A stretch of DNA of 63,080 bases, filler included, from GCF_002087085.1; 7 parts of 7 records of this genome joined end to end with filler, not necessarily neighbours in it, one strand, 5' to 3'. Shown: positions 50,012-60,588, counted from the first letter of the whole stretch. The notes: generated by a model from the letters alone, not told the origin. Numbers and translations are program-made.

Positions 50012-51205
50012 TTATCCCTGAACAGTTTTCCGTAAGTGTACTGCCCGGAATCCCCGGTATTTTTTGTTTCCCCGGAGCTCGAATCCCTTGAGGGCTTTCA
50101 GAAAAAGATGGATTTCTGAGCTTTTACCGTGAACCAGCAGCTCGCCTTTTGGTTTGAGGGTTTTCCCGAGTGCCGGCATTCCAAAGTCCGGCGAAACACC
50201 CGGGATCGTCTCCAGGGTCATGCAGATACTGTCGAAGGAACCGGTCACAGCACCTGTTTCCGCCGGAAAAGGTACAGGCAGAACCTCCGCCGGCAGTTCC
50301 GGGCTGTTCAGTGCCAGGTTGCGGGCAGTGACTTTGAGCTGAAGAAGGTCCCGTCCGGCGACGACGGCGGAATTATACGAGGCCTTCCGGGCCAGGCAGA
50401 CGGGCAGGTGTCCCTGCCCCGGATTTACAAAAAGAACCCGTCCGGAAGCCCGTTTGTCCGCGATGGATGCCGCAGTCTGAGTCCCGTAGGCGGGGGTATC
50501 GAATTCCGGCAGGCCGTAGACAGTTTCCAGGGTATATTTTTCTCCGGCCATTTCGAACTCGCCGCGTCGCTTGAAGGCCGCGCCCAGTTCTTCGGGTCTA
50601 TCTTCACTTTTTTGTTCCGGGTCTGCAGGCGAAAGATGCAGTACCAGGTGGTTGGCGGTCTTCTCCTCGTAGAGAATCTCAAACCCTGCTGCTGCGGCAT
50701 ACCTGCGAAAAGCCTCCTCCAGGGGGCTTACGACAACCAGAGCTGCGATACCTCCCGGATTCAGCAGGCCCGTCAACCCTGAAACAAAGGCCTGGTGAAC
50801 GGGGGTTCCGGCTTTGGCCGGAACATTGCTGACCACAAGGTCCGATGGCCTGTTCTTGAGGCAGTGCATAAGGGCAGGTTCGGCGCCGGCCACTGCAATC
50901 CTGTTGATCCCGGCGTTGTGCAGACTCATCTCCACCGCCAGGGCGTCACGGTCGCAGATTGAAAGCTCAGCCTCGGGCCTGACCTTCTTCAGGGCCAGGC
51001 CCAGGGTTCCCACGCCGCAGCCCACATCCAGGAAGGACCGGCGTTCAGGGAGGTTTCCGTGTTGTGCCAGGGTTTTGAGGAGCAGGCGGCTTCCGTCGTC
51101 GATCTTGTAACTGGAGAAAAGGGCATGGGAAAGATCAAAAAAAAGGCGTTCCCCCATAAAATTGAGGGGAACGCGCTTGTTGATAAGTTCCGCGGGAAAA
51201 CTCAA
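50012..51205 (-). CDS. RsmC-like two-domain methyltransferase
   Basis: LFSSYKIDDGSRLLL, LDVGCGVG and VSNVPAKAG; second domain degenerate. Confidence 0.8.
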   Translation of the reverse strand: MSFPAELINKRVPLNFMGERLFFDLSHALFSSYKIDDGSRLLLKTLAQHGNLPERRSFLDVGCGVGTLGLALKKVRPEAELSICDRDALAVEMSLHNAGINRIAVAGAEPALMHCLKNRPSDLVVSNVPAKAGTPVHQAFVSGLTGLLNPGGIAALVVVSPLEEAFRRYAAAAGFEILYEEKTANHLVLHLSPADPEQKSEDRPEELGAAFKRRGEFEMAGEKYTLETVYGLPEFDTPAYGTQTAASIADKRASGRVLFVNPGQGHLPVCLARKASYNSAVVAGRDLLQLKVTARNLALNSPELPAEVLPVPFPAETGAVTGSFDSICMTLETIPGVSPDFGMPALGKTLKPKGELLVHGKSSEIHLFLKALKGFELRGNKKYRGFRAVHLRKTVQG

Positions 51206-51768
51206 TTGTTTACCCGTTCAACATACTCCCGGGTCTCGGTATTCACCATGATTCTCTCGCCCTGCTTGATGAAGATCGGAACCTTTACGGAGAGCCCGGT
51301 TTCCACCTTTACGACCTTGGTGGCGCCGGTAACCGTGTCGCCCTTGACGGCGTCTTCGGCCTCGGTTACCTCGTAGACCACCTTGTAGGGTATCTTGATA
51401 TCGATGGGTTTGCCTTCCCAGAAGACCACGCGGTAGGTTTCGCCGTCCTTCATGAAAAGACCCTTGTCTTCCATGCCGCCTGCAGCGGAAACCTCGAACT
51501 GTTCATAGGTCGATGCGTCCATGAAATGGTAGTTCTCACCGTCGGAATAGAGGTACTGGCAGTCGTGGTCTTCCACGATGCACTCCTCCACAGTGTCCTG
51601 GGTTTTGTAGGTCGGTTTCAGGACCGAACCGGAAACCACGTGTTTGAGCTTTAAACGTACGAAGGCTGAACCCTTGCCGGGGTTGACAAACTCCCGCTCA
51701 ACAACGGCATAGGGTTCGCCCTTTTCCAGGAGAAACATTCCCTGGTCAATCTGTCCTGCTTTGATCAT
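51202..51768 (-). CDS. efp: Translation elongation factor P
   Basis: VNPGKGSAFVR, KGDT and ETGLSVKVPIFI. Confidence 0.98.
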   Translation of the reverse strand: MIKAGQIDQGMFLLEKGEPYAVVEREFVNPGKGSAFVRLKLKHVVSGSVLKPTYKTQDTVEECIVEDHDCQYLYSDGENYHFMDASTYEQFEVSAAGGMEDKGLFMKDGETYRVVFWEGKPIDIKIPYKVVYEVTEAEDAVKGDTVTGATKVVKVETGLSVKVPIFIKQGERIMVNTETREYVERVNN

Positions 51769-51971
51769 TGTAACGCCTCTATCCTTTATCCTGAGTACGA
51801 AATTAAGATTCAGTGTTGATGAGGCACAAGTATAGAATATATCCCGGATTTAATCGAGACCCCGGCATGAAAAACAGGCGGCCCCGGAGGGTGAGAAATC
51901 CCCGGATATGAAATTTGCCATATACCTGCTCATTTCTTATAATACTTAACAACATTCCTGGAGCAGGTCGA

Positions 51972-54113
51972 ATGTCGAAAAAGATCCTCATTGTCGAAGA
52001 CGAAGCTCTCATTGCGATGGCTACTGCCGGGGCCATTGCAAAGCATGACTATAAAACACAAACAGTCTTTAACGGTGAAGCCGCAGTCGCCGCGGTGGAT
52101 GAAGATCCGGAAATCTCCCTGGTGCTGATGGATATAGACCTGGGCAGAGGCATGGACGGCACCCAGGCTGCCGAACAGATCCTCGAGAATCATGAGATTC
52201 CTGTTATATTTCTAACCAGCCATTCCGAGAAGGAGATGGTGGAAAAGGTGCGGGGAATTACTCGCTATGGATATGTCTTAAAAAGTTCCGGAGAGTTTGT
52301 GTTGATGGAAGCCATTCACATGGCCTTTGAACTCTTTGAGTCCCGGCGCATAGTGAAGGAGCGGGAAGAACTGTTCCGCTATATCATTGAACACAATCCC
52401 AACGATATAGCTGTTTTTGACACAGAGCTGCGCTACCTGTACGGGAGCAGGCGCTACCTGCAGGATTTCAACGTGAACCTTGATTCCATAATAGGCAAAA
52501 GCCATTATGAAGTGTTTCCTGATATCCCGCCGAAATGGCGGGAGGTCCACCGGCGGGCCCTGCAGGGGGAAGTTCTGAGTAACGACTATGACTATTATGA
52601 AAGAAAGGATGGTTCAATCGTCTATTCGCGCTGGGAATGTCGCCCCTGGTACAACAGCGACAGCTCAGTGGGAGGCATCATTATCTATTCCGAGGAACTG
52701 AATACCGTGGAGCCCCGCGAAGGGTCGGTAACCCGGGAGGGGCCGTATCGCGAACTTTTTGAGAAGGCCCCGGTGGGTATCTTTCTGACCAGTTCCTCCG
52801 GAGAAGCCCTGCAGGTAAACTGGACAATGGCAGATATCCTCGAAGCCTCGTCTCCCCGGGAGGCGCTTTCCTTTTTCTCTGATCTTGAAAGCGGACTCTA
52901 CGTTCGGGCTGAAAAGCGCCGGGAGCTGCTGAAGGTCCTGGAGGAATCGGGGAGGGTGGATGATTTTGAACTGCAGGTTAAAACATTGAAAGGAAATCTG
53001 CGGTGGCTGAATATCAGCGCCAGGGCCAGGGATATCCAGGCGGACGGAAGCTTCCTGATCGACGGTTCCGCTCAGGATATAACCCGTGTAAAGGAGGCGG
53101 AAAAACGGCTTACCAGGGAGCGACACTACTTATCCACCATTCTGCATACCAGCCTGGACGGCTTCTGGGTTCTCGATATGGAGGGCCGGGTTGTTGATGT
53201 GAACGAAGCATACCTTGCCATGTCGGGCTATTCCCGAGAAGAGTTCCTGGGAATGAGTATATCCGATATTGATGCCGATGAGGCCCCAGAGCTAACGCGG
53301 GAAAGAATCAAACGGATTCTATCCGTCGGATCGGAACACTTCCAGACCAATCATCGCCGCAGGAACGGAAGCGTCTTTACCGTGGATATCTCGGCATCCT
53401 ACATCGACTCCGACGACGGCCGGCTCGTCTGCTTCTGCCGGGACGTGACGGAACCGCTCCGGGCTAAGAATGAGATGCACAACCTGAATCAGGAACTTCA
53501 GCAGACCCTGAAAGAGCGGGAGTTTCTGGTACGTGAGATAATCCACCGGGTAAAGAACAACCTGCAGATGATCAGCTCCCTGGTCAGCTTGAAGGAGTCC
53601 TCCTCAGGAACCAACCTGTCGGATATAAAGGGCCAGATTGACGCCATCCGGATCGTCCATGAACTTCTTTACCAGAGCAGCGATTTAAGCAGCATCTCCT
53701 TTAACGAGTACTGCAGTGATCTTCTGGGGAGTATCTTTGACGGATTTTCGGGACGGGAGGTAAAAGTTCTGAATACTGTGGACGAGATTCGACTCCCCGC
53801 CAAAATGGCGATACCCCTCGGGCTGATTGTGAACGAGATAGCCATAAATGCCGTGAAATACGCCTTCTCTGATTCTGTGGAGGCAGTGTTCAGCATAGAT
53901 CTTAGCCCCGACGGAGAAGAGGAGGGTTTTCTTTTTTCCCTGGAAAATAACGGCCCTCCCTTTCCGGAGGATATCGACCTGGAAAACCCCGAAACCCTGG
54001 GCTTGAGGCTCATCAGCGCCCTGACCGATCAGATCGGCGGCAGCCTGGAACTCCGCAAATCACCAAGCCCCCGTTTCTGTATCCGTATACCGCGAAGCTC
54101 AATCACGGAGTAA
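51972..54113 (+). CDS. Hybrid REC-PAS-PAS-PAS-HisKA_2 histidine kinase
   Basis: ILIVEDE, LMDIDL, three PAS domains, EIIHRVKNNLQ, NAVKYAF and LGLRLI. Confidence 0.92.
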   Translation: MSKKILIVEDEALIAMATAGAIAKHDYKTQTVFNGEAAVAAVDEDPEISLVLMDIDLGRGMDGTQAAEQILENHEIPVIFLTSHSEKEMVEKVRGITRYGYVLKSSGEFVLMEAIHMAFELFESRRIVKEREELFRYIIEHNPNDIAVFDTELRYLYGSRRYLQDFNVNLDSIIGKSHYEVFPDIPPKWREVHRRALQGEVLSNDYDYYERKDGSIVYSRWECRPWYNSDSSVGGIIIYSEELNTVEPREGSVTREGPYRELFEKAPVGIFLTSSSGEALQVNWTMADILEASSPREALSFFSDLESGLYVRAEKRRELLKVLEESGRVDDFELQVKTLKGNLRWLNISARARDIQADGSFLIDGSAQDITRVKEAEKRLTRERHYLSTILHTSLDGFWVLDMEGRVVDVNEAYLAMSGYSREEFLGMSISDIDADEAPELTRERIKRILSVGSEHFQTNHRRRNGSVFTVDISASYIDSDDGRLVCFCRDVTEPLRAKNEMHNLNQELQQTLKEREFLVREIIHRVKNNLQMISSLVSLKESSSGTNLSDIKGQIDAIRIVHELLYQSSDLSSISFNEYCSDLLGSIFDGFSGREVKVLNTVDEIRLPAKMAIPLGLIVNEIAINAVKYAFSDSVEAVFSIDLSPDGEEEGFLFSLENNGPPFPEDIDLENPETLGLRLISALTDQIGGSLELRKSPSPRFCIRIPRSSITE

Positions 54114-55065
54114 AGGGAAAGTAGATAACATCCTCCAGGTTCTCCTTACCCGCAAGGAGCATGAGGAGCCGGTCGAAGCCCAGGGCCACCCCGGAGGAGG
54201 CAGGGTAGGGGACTTGAAAGGTACGCCAGTATTCGGTGTCCGGATTTACCCTGACAACAGCACTCCGCTCCTTTTCCGCCGCTTCCTCCGCGAGGAAAGA
54301 CTTTACGGTTTCCGGGTCGGTCATTTCCGTGTAGCAGTTGGCAAGCTCGATACCCTTCCAGTAGAGTTCCCAGCGTTCGCGGTAGGGTCCGTCCTCTTTT
54401 TCCCGGGCCAGGCAGGTAATCCCCGCAGGGTAGTCGTAGAGAAAAAGCGGCATCTCAGACGGCAGCGCAGGCTCGATAAGCGTGATGAAAAGGCGCTGAA
54501 AAAGATCGTTCCAGTCGTCCGAAGGGGAAAAGAAAATATCCCGCTCCGCCAGCACCCGGCGGAGTGCCTCACCGTCATCGCATAGAGATGGAAGCTCGAG
54601 ACCCGCATAACGGGTAAAAGCCTCCTCAACCGTCATGCTGCGGAATCCGGGAATCATGACTCCCGCAGAGTCTGCCATGGCTGTAATATATTCCCGGGTC
54701 TCCGCCTCGATATCCCGGTAATCGCAGCCCGGCCGGTACCACTCAAGCATGGTGAACTCGATATTATGGAGCCGCCCGGACTGTTCCCGGTTGCGAAAGG
54801 CCCTGGCCAGCTGGAAAACCGGGGTTTCCGGAAACATCTTCAGAAGCTTCTTGAGCCAGTATTCCGGCGACGGCAGAAGGTAGAGCTCCCTGTCTCCGCC
54901 GTAGGGGTTGGAAAAACGGACCGGAAAAAGCTCGATGGTCGGTTCGGGGATCACCTTCTCTGCCAGCAGGGGCGTGTCAGCCTCCAGAAAACCCCGGCTG
55001 CGGAAGAAGTTCCGGGTTTCATGCAGAATGTCGGCCCGCAGACCGGCTGTGGATAGATTAATCAT
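54103..55065 (-). CDS. epmA: EF-P lysine aminoacylase
   Basis: LysRS catalytic core without anticodon domain: SPEYWLK, FRNRE, EFTMLEWY, GIELANCYTE and GVALGFDRL. Confidence 0.93.
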   Translation of the reverse strand: MINLSTAGLRADILHETRNFFRSRGFLEADTPLLAEKVIPEPTIELFPVRFSNPYGGDRELYLLPSPEYWLKKLLKMFPETPVFQLARAFRNREQSGRLHNIEFTMLEWYRPGCDYRDIEAETREYITAMADSAGVMIPGFRSMTVEEAFTRYAGLELPSLCDDGEALRRVLAERDIFFSPSDDWNDLFQRLFITLIEPALPSEMPLFLYDYPAGITCLAREKEDGPYRERWELYWKGIELANCYTEMTDPETVKSFLAEEAAEKERSAVVRVNPDTEYWRTFQVPYPASSGVALGFDRLLMLLAGKENLEDVIYFPFTP

Positions 55066-55127
55066 GATGTCGATAGAGAATATACCAATTTCCCGCCTGT
55101 TTATAGCATTTTTTTAATGTGTTTTTC

Positions 55128-55156
55128 TTGCATTAGTTTCAACTAGGGGGTAAGCT
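55128..55156 (+). promoter_or_regulatory. Sigma70-like promoter whose downstream gene is cut off by an IS
   Basis: TTGCAT-17 nt-TAAGCT; the IS end begins at 55194. Confidence 0.45.
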
Positions 55157-55193
55157 GTCTGATAGGTTCGGTCATGGGCCGACAAAATTAAAA

Positions 55194-55248
55194 CCTAACC
55201 TGAGCGATTTTCACGTGTAGAAAAAAATACCTCCATGTGGTGTAATGA
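55194..55248 (+). mobile_element. Terminus of the multicopy IS, copy 2
   Basis: CCTAACCTGAGCGATTTTCACGTGTAGAAAAAAATACCTCCATGTGGTGTAATGA. Confidence 0.8.
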
Positions 55249-55348
55249 NNNNNNNNNNNNNNNNNNNNNNNNNNNNNNNNNNNNNNNNNNNNTTAATTAA
55301 TTAANNNNNNNNNNNNNNNNNNNNNNNNNNNNNNNNNNNNNNNNNNNN
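55249..55348. other. Artificial contig linker
   Basis: N run with TTAATTAATTAA. Confidence 0.98.
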
Positions 55349-55403
55349 TCATTACACCACATGGAGGTATTTTTTTCTACACGTGAAAATCGCTCAGGTT
55401 AGG
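55349..55403 (-). mobile_element. Terminus of the multicopy IS, copy 3
   Basis: Reverse complement of the same 55-mer. Confidence 0.8.
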
Positions 55404-55729
55404 TGTAATTTAAATTTGCTTATTGTAATTTAATAGGGCAACTTGACTGTACATATATTTGTCTGAAAACAATTATATATTCTCGCGATCATCGGGAGCA
55501 ACGAATGCGGTGTGACTGCTGACATTAAATATGGCAAAGCGGTCTTCTTGTAAAACTGGAGAGTATTAAGGAAATAGAAAATGCAATCATTACTATACCG
55601 TCAAACACGAAAACCGCAGGCAGGATGGGTGAGTATGGGCGAAAACGTTCGGAAGAGCAAATAAACTGGAATAAAACAGCCAAAATAATATCTGATATTA
55701 TTAGAATGAAATGAGGTAGTTTTTTTGCG

Positions 55730-56575
55730 ATGTATCTGAATCAATCGAATAAAAAAACCATATTATACACAAAATTATCATTGATTCTTGTGTACATTGT
55801 TTTCTGCATTTCATGCAATGGAGGAAGTATGAACGGTATTCCCGATGAACAGGTTAATAATGCTCTTGAAAAAATAGCTGACATGAAAATATTCTTCGGG
55901 CATCAATCGGTTGGAAGAAACATACTATCCGGTGTTGATGATTTGGCACGGGGAGCCGAAATTCCTGTAAGAATGGTAACTTTTGAATCCGGTGATAGCC
56001 CTGACGATGTGAATATCTTTGATGCACATGTAGGCGAAAACACGGAACCAAGTAGCAAAATACATGATTTTGCAGATATGGTTAGATCCGGTGTTGGAAA
56101 TTCGGTCGACGTTGCTTTTATGAAGTTTTGCTATGTTGATACAAGGGGAGATGAGGATATCGATTCATTCTTTAACAGGTATATCTCCGAGATGGAAGAG
56201 CTAGAAAAGGAATTTCCTCAAACGACTTTCATATATATGACAATGCCGCTCACATCTCCCATGACTGGATTTCAGAATATGATCAAGGGTATACTTGGAC
56301 GTCTGCATAAGACAGATGACGGGCGTGAAGCCAATATTGTACGGCATAGTTTTAATAACATGCTTCGAAAGGCGAAAAAGCAGACTGGGCGACTATTCGA
56401 TCTTGCCGCCGCTGAGGCTACAAAGCCCAATGGTTCATTATTTACAGTGAATATAGAAGGTGTGGAATACGAAGCACTGTATCCTGGCTATACTTGGGAT
56501 GGCGGGCATCTTGATGAGAAAGGGAGAAAGGTGATCGCGAAGAAGTTAATCGTCTTTTTATCGCGATTAGGCTGA
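55730..56575 (+). CDS. SGNH-like hydrolase lipoprotein
   Basis: Lipobox CISC; FFGHQSVG in block I position, FMKFCYVD and a C-terminal DGGHL (DxxH). Confidence 0.65.
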   Translation: MYLNQSNKKTILYTKLSLILVYIVFCISCNGGSMNGIPDEQVNNALEKIADMKIFFGHQSVGRNILSGVDDLARGAEIPVRMVTFESGDSPDDVNIFDAHVGENTEPSSKIHDFADMVRSGVGNSVDVAFMKFCYVDTRGDEDIDSFFNRYISEMEELEKEFPQTTFIYMTMPLTSPMTGFQNMIKGILGRLHKTDDGREANIVRHSFNNMLRKAKKQTGRLFDLAAAEATKPNGSLFTVNIEGVEYEALYPGYTWDGGHLDEKGRKVIAKKLIVFLSRLG

Positions 56576-56644
56576 TTTTAGTGTCGACCATAAATCTATC
56601 GGTTATTTCTTTACTCAGTGGAAATAGAAAGGTAAACAAAAAAG

Positions 56645-57859
56645 ATGGCGGAAAACCAACAACCAAAACAGTTCTCAGAGCAGGAAAGAACCTTAATCGA
56701 AGGTGTGCTATATTATCTGTCTTATCTGTTTCGGCATAAGTATTTGATTATATCGATTACTTTACTTACAGCATTGGGCAGCGTTGTTTTTGCTATAGTC
56801 TCCTTGCGACTTCCCCCGGAGAAGAGCCCGTTACCCAATTTTTATGTTTCTTATGCCGTTCTGATTGCAGGGGAAGGTGGAGGATCAGATATGGGGTCCA
56901 TGCTGGCCGCGCTTGGAATACAGGCTCCTCGGAACGAAACTAACTATGGGGAACTTGGCGTTCGGGTACTTCGAAGTAATCCTTTCATCGATACAATTGT
57001 GGAAGAAAATAGCATAATAGAAAAGTATGGGATTACTGATAAAGTACGGACAAACTCACGAAATATAATTCTTGGAAACAGTACTTTTGTATATGAAAGT
57101 CGGACAGGGAGCTTGAGGATTAGCTTTGAAAGTACTGATCCTCAATTTGCCCGAGATGTCGTTAATAGCATGGTTAATAACTTACAGAAATGGTTTCGGC
57201 AATGGGAAGGCAGCAGTTCTAGTCAGAATCTATCCGCTATGGAATATAAGCTGGAAGAGGTGAGCCAGGAAATACGACGACTGGAAGAGGAAATCGCCAG
57301 ATTCCAGACAGAGTATGGAGTCTTTTCGATTGAACAGTTGGCAGAGGCACAGACCCGTATTATAAATGATCTGGAGAATCAACTGATTCAAACGGAGATG
57401 GCTATTAAAAACTACACCGGCTTTTCAACGCTGCAGGATCAGGAGCTAATACAGCTTCAGGCTCAGCGAGACAGCTTAAGGGAACTGATTCAACAGATAG
57501 AGCAAGGACAGGGGTCCGGGATTCGTAATATGCCCTCGCGTCAGGAGCTTTCTGCACTGGCAATAGAGTACTCTCATCTGCAAATGAACCACCAGATACA
57601 AATGCGAATATTTCAAAACCTGAAAGAGCAGTATGAGGTACAAAAATTGACAACTACAAGCGAAAGCTCTCCGTTCAGTATTCTCGAACCCGCGGAAGTT
57701 CCGGAGGAGAAATCAAGACCTCGAAGAAGTCAGATATGCATGATGGCTACTGTTATAGGTTTTTTTGGATCTATTGGTTTAGCCCTCTTCATAGATCTTG
57801 TTCGCCATGTTAAAAATGACCCGAAAAAAATTAAAATTCTTAAAGGCGAGTATTCGTAA
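56645..57859 (+). CDS. Polysaccharide co-polymerase (Wzz/Wzc-N, GNVR domain)
   Basis: Two TMs flanking a periplasmic coiled coil; ILEPAEVPEEKSRPRRS. Confidence 0.88.
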   Translation: MAENQQPKQFSEQERTLIEGVLYYLSYLFRHKYLIISITLLTALGSVVFAIVSLRLPPEKSPLPNFYVSYAVLIAGEGGGSDMGSMLAALGIQAPRNETNYGELGVRVLRSNPFIDTIVEENSIIEKYGITDKVRTNSRNIILGNSTFVYESRTGSLRISFESTDPQFARDVVNSMVNNLQKWFRQWEGSSSSQNLSAMEYKLEEVSQEIRRLEEEIARFQTEYGVFSIEQLAEAQTRIINDLENQLIQTEMAIKNYTGFSTLQDQELIQLQAQRDSLRELIQQIEQGQGSGIRNMPSRQELSALAIEYSHLQMNHQIQMRIFQNLKEQYEVQKLTTTSESSPFSILEPAEVPEEKSRPRRSQICMMATVIGFFGSIGLALFIDLVRHVKNDPKKIKILKGEYS

Positions 57860-57941
57860 ATTTTTTGGTATACTCGAAATTAGTATCATTTCCTGCATTG
57901 GTTGTTCAAATTTATTCAAAAGATAATAAAGGTACTTTTTC

Positions 57942-59147
57942 ATGAAAAACTTATTTCTCCTGCTTGCCTTATCATGTTTTAGTTTCGTGCTTTCTTCTCA
58001 GGATTTTGGTGTAACCCCATCGAGCCCGGGCTCTGATGGAGTAACCGGAGGTGGGCAGGAAGAGGAACTTGTTGAAGCCCAAACAAACAGACTTCAGCTG
58101 GCAATATCGAACGAAGGCTATCCTGTGACCCCTGGTGATATTTACCGTATCACCTTCACGGCGGCAGGGTCATTAATAACCAATCAGATAATCGTTGAGA
58201 GTGATTATTCAATCAATCTTGGCATATTTGGGGAGATTGATGTCCAAGATACCAACTTCCCGGAACTTAAAAAACGGGTTGAACGTCTGATTCAGGAAGG
58301 ATATCCTCGCAGTCTGCCGTCCCTTACAATGATTTCCACCGGTACCTTTGAAGTCCCGATAATTGGAGAGATCCCACAAACCAGATATGTTACTGCCTGG
58401 GGACTTTCCCGACTAAACGATGTAGTTTCCGGTTCTCTGGGAGCATATTCTTCCATGAGGAACGTTGCGGTAAACGCCAAAGATGGAACAGAAAGAACAT
58501 TTGATCTCTGGATGGCACGCTATAAGGGAGATCTTTCACAGAATCCTCTTGTACGCCCGGGCGACAGGATCACGATTTCTCGGGTTGATAAACAGATCAG
58601 AATAAACGGAGAAGTCTATCGTCCCGGTATTTATCAACTGCTGGAGAACGAAGACCTGCAGGATATCCAATATTTTTCCGGAGGGTTTACTCCGCTGGCA
58701 GATCTTAGAAGGGTAACTGTGGAAAGGTTCTCTGGTGAAGGTCCCGAACTTATTGTATTTGATTACAATAACACAGACAGCGATTTTGAGTTCAAGGATC
58801 GGGACATTATTACAATCCCTTCAAAACGCGATCAGGATCTGCAGGTAACAGTTGTTGGGGCTGTATTCAATCCAGGACGATATCAGTATGCACCCCCCGA
58901 GAGCTATATGTATTATGTAAATCTTGCTGGCGGCATTGATTTTGAACGAAATTCAGGCAATGAGGTAACTGTTGTAGATCGCTATGGTAACCAGCAGGAT
59001 CCGACTTACCCCATAAGCCCCGGGGACACCATTACTGTGCTTAATAATAATTTTATTTATAATTTCAACCGGCATTTCCCCGTTGTAACTACTGGCTTAG
59101 CTTTTATTTTAACTATTATCTCCATTGTAAACCTTGCAAACCAGTAA
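57942..59147 (+). CDS. Polysaccharide export protein with SLBB domains (Wza/KpsD-like)
   Basis: YPVTPGD, GEVYRPGIY, VVGAVFNPGRY and LAGG repeats. Confidence 0.85.
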   Translation: MKNLFLLLALSCFSFVLSSQDFGVTPSSPGSDGVTGGGQEEELVEAQTNRLQLAISNEGYPVTPGDIYRITFTAAGSLITNQIIVESDYSINLGIFGEIDVQDTNFPELKKRVERLIQEGYPRSLPSLTMISTGTFEVPIIGEIPQTRYVTAWGLSRLNDVVSGSLGAYSSMRNVAVNAKDGTERTFDLWMARYKGDLSQNPLVRPGDRITISRVDKQIRINGEVYRPGIYQLLENEDLQDIQYFSGGFTPLADLRRVTVERFSGEGPELIVFDYNNTDSDFEFKDRDIITIPSKRDQDLQVTVVGAVFNPGRYQYAPPESYMYYVNLAGGIDFERNSGNEVTVVDRYGNQQDPTYPISPGDTITVLNNNFIYNFNRHFPVVTTGLAFILTIISIVNLANQ

Positions 59148-59326
59148 AAATCTGCTGCTAAATTATTCAAAAACTGCGGAAAGAAGTTATTTGGCAATGC
59201 ATGCTGTATATTATCAATTGTTGTGAATATATCAGATTGATTATAAATGTGAGCTGTATTTGGTCATTAAGAACATCTTTTAAGATATACAGCATGCTAA
59301 TAAACTTTTTTCGAGGCGAATGAACA

Positions 59327-59540
59327 GTGGTTTTACAACATGCCCGTATGATTTTGTTGTTTTTTGGTACACTGCTTGTTTCCTGTATTGATCCTGGCAG
59401 TGAGTCTATTATAAAGACCAATCCTCCTGTAACAACTGAGAAGCTTGTTTTCATCCATCACTCTTGCGGCAACAACTGGCTTAATACAGGGAATGGTAAT
59501 CTTGGGAATAGTCTTGGATCTAATAATTATTATGTGAGAG
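59327..59540 (+). pseudogene. 5' part of an SGNH-like lipoprotein, truncated by IS4
   Basis: Lipobox LVSC and LVFIHHSCGNNWL; the frame runs into the IS end at 59541. Confidence 0.7.
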
Positions 59541-60533
59541 CATAGCTGTCCAAAATAAGGACTATTAATGGCCTGAGATCCAAAGTATACTGATTTAAGC
59601 TTGGCGGCATAAATCTTTATACAAGAAGGAAATCAGGCCATGGGATATCAAAATAGCATTTTTAAGCAGATTCTTCAAAGCATACCGAGATATGAATTTG
59701 AAAAATCAGTAAGAAAGCACAATGGAGATTTTGCTTCCAAAGGATTTACTTGCTGGGAACAATTTGTTTCCATGATATTTGCTCAGTTATCGGGACAAAC
59801 AGGACTTCGAGGTATAGAAACTACAATGGAATCTATGCGGCAATCTCTTTATCATCTGGGGGTAAAACAAGTTAAGCGCTCAACGTTGTCGTATGCGAAT
59901 AACAATCGTTCATCAATGATTTATGAAAACGTTTTTTCGGGCCTTCTGGAAAAAATACTGTCAATGGAACGGCGCCATAAGCATAAATTCAAGAATCCGC
60001 TTTACAGCATAGATGCTACAACAATCGATCTATGTCTCAGCTTGTTCCCCTGGGCTGATTTCAGAAAACGAAAAGGCGGCATCAAGTTGAATATGAAGCT
60101 GGATCACAAAGGATACATTCCAACCTTCATATCAATGACCACAGCAAAGATCCATGAACTGAAGTCGTTAAAGGAAATGCAGTTCAATCCCGGGGACGTA
60201 ATAACCTTCGATAGAGGCTATACAGATTTCAAATTATTTGCAACTTATTGTAGTAAAGGCATTTATTTCGTTACCAGACAGAAAAAGAATGCTGACTACG
60301 CAGTCGTTGAGCGAAAGGATGTTTCTTCATACAAAAATATTTCATCGGATCAGACAATAATAATGGAAGGTTATTACACCAGAAAGAAATGTCCTTTAAA
60401 GCTGCGCCGAATTCGGTCGAAAGATCCAGAAACTGGCAAATATATTGTTATTCTCACAAATAATTTTGTTTGGTCTCCGACTACAATATCTGCCATCTAT
60501 AAAGACCGTTGGCAGATTGAAATATTTTTAAAA
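59541..60533 (+). mobile_element. IS4 family element, interrupted by a second IS
   Basis: Left end CATAGCTGTCCAAAATAAG followed by a transposase gene. Confidence 0.88.
59640..60533 (+). pseudogene. IS4 family transposase (DUF4372 plus DDE), 3' truncated
   Basis: FTCWEQF..M.FAQL, RSTLSYAN, IDAT, FDRGY and YKDRWQIE; the sequence switches to the other IS end right after this motif. Confidence 0.92.
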
Positions 60534-60588
60534 CCTAACCTGAGCGATTTTCACGTGTAGAAAAAAATACCTCCATGTGGTGTAATGA
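60534..60588 (+). mobile_element. Terminus of the multicopy IS, copy 4 (inside IS4)
   Basis: Same 55-mer. Confidence 0.82.
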
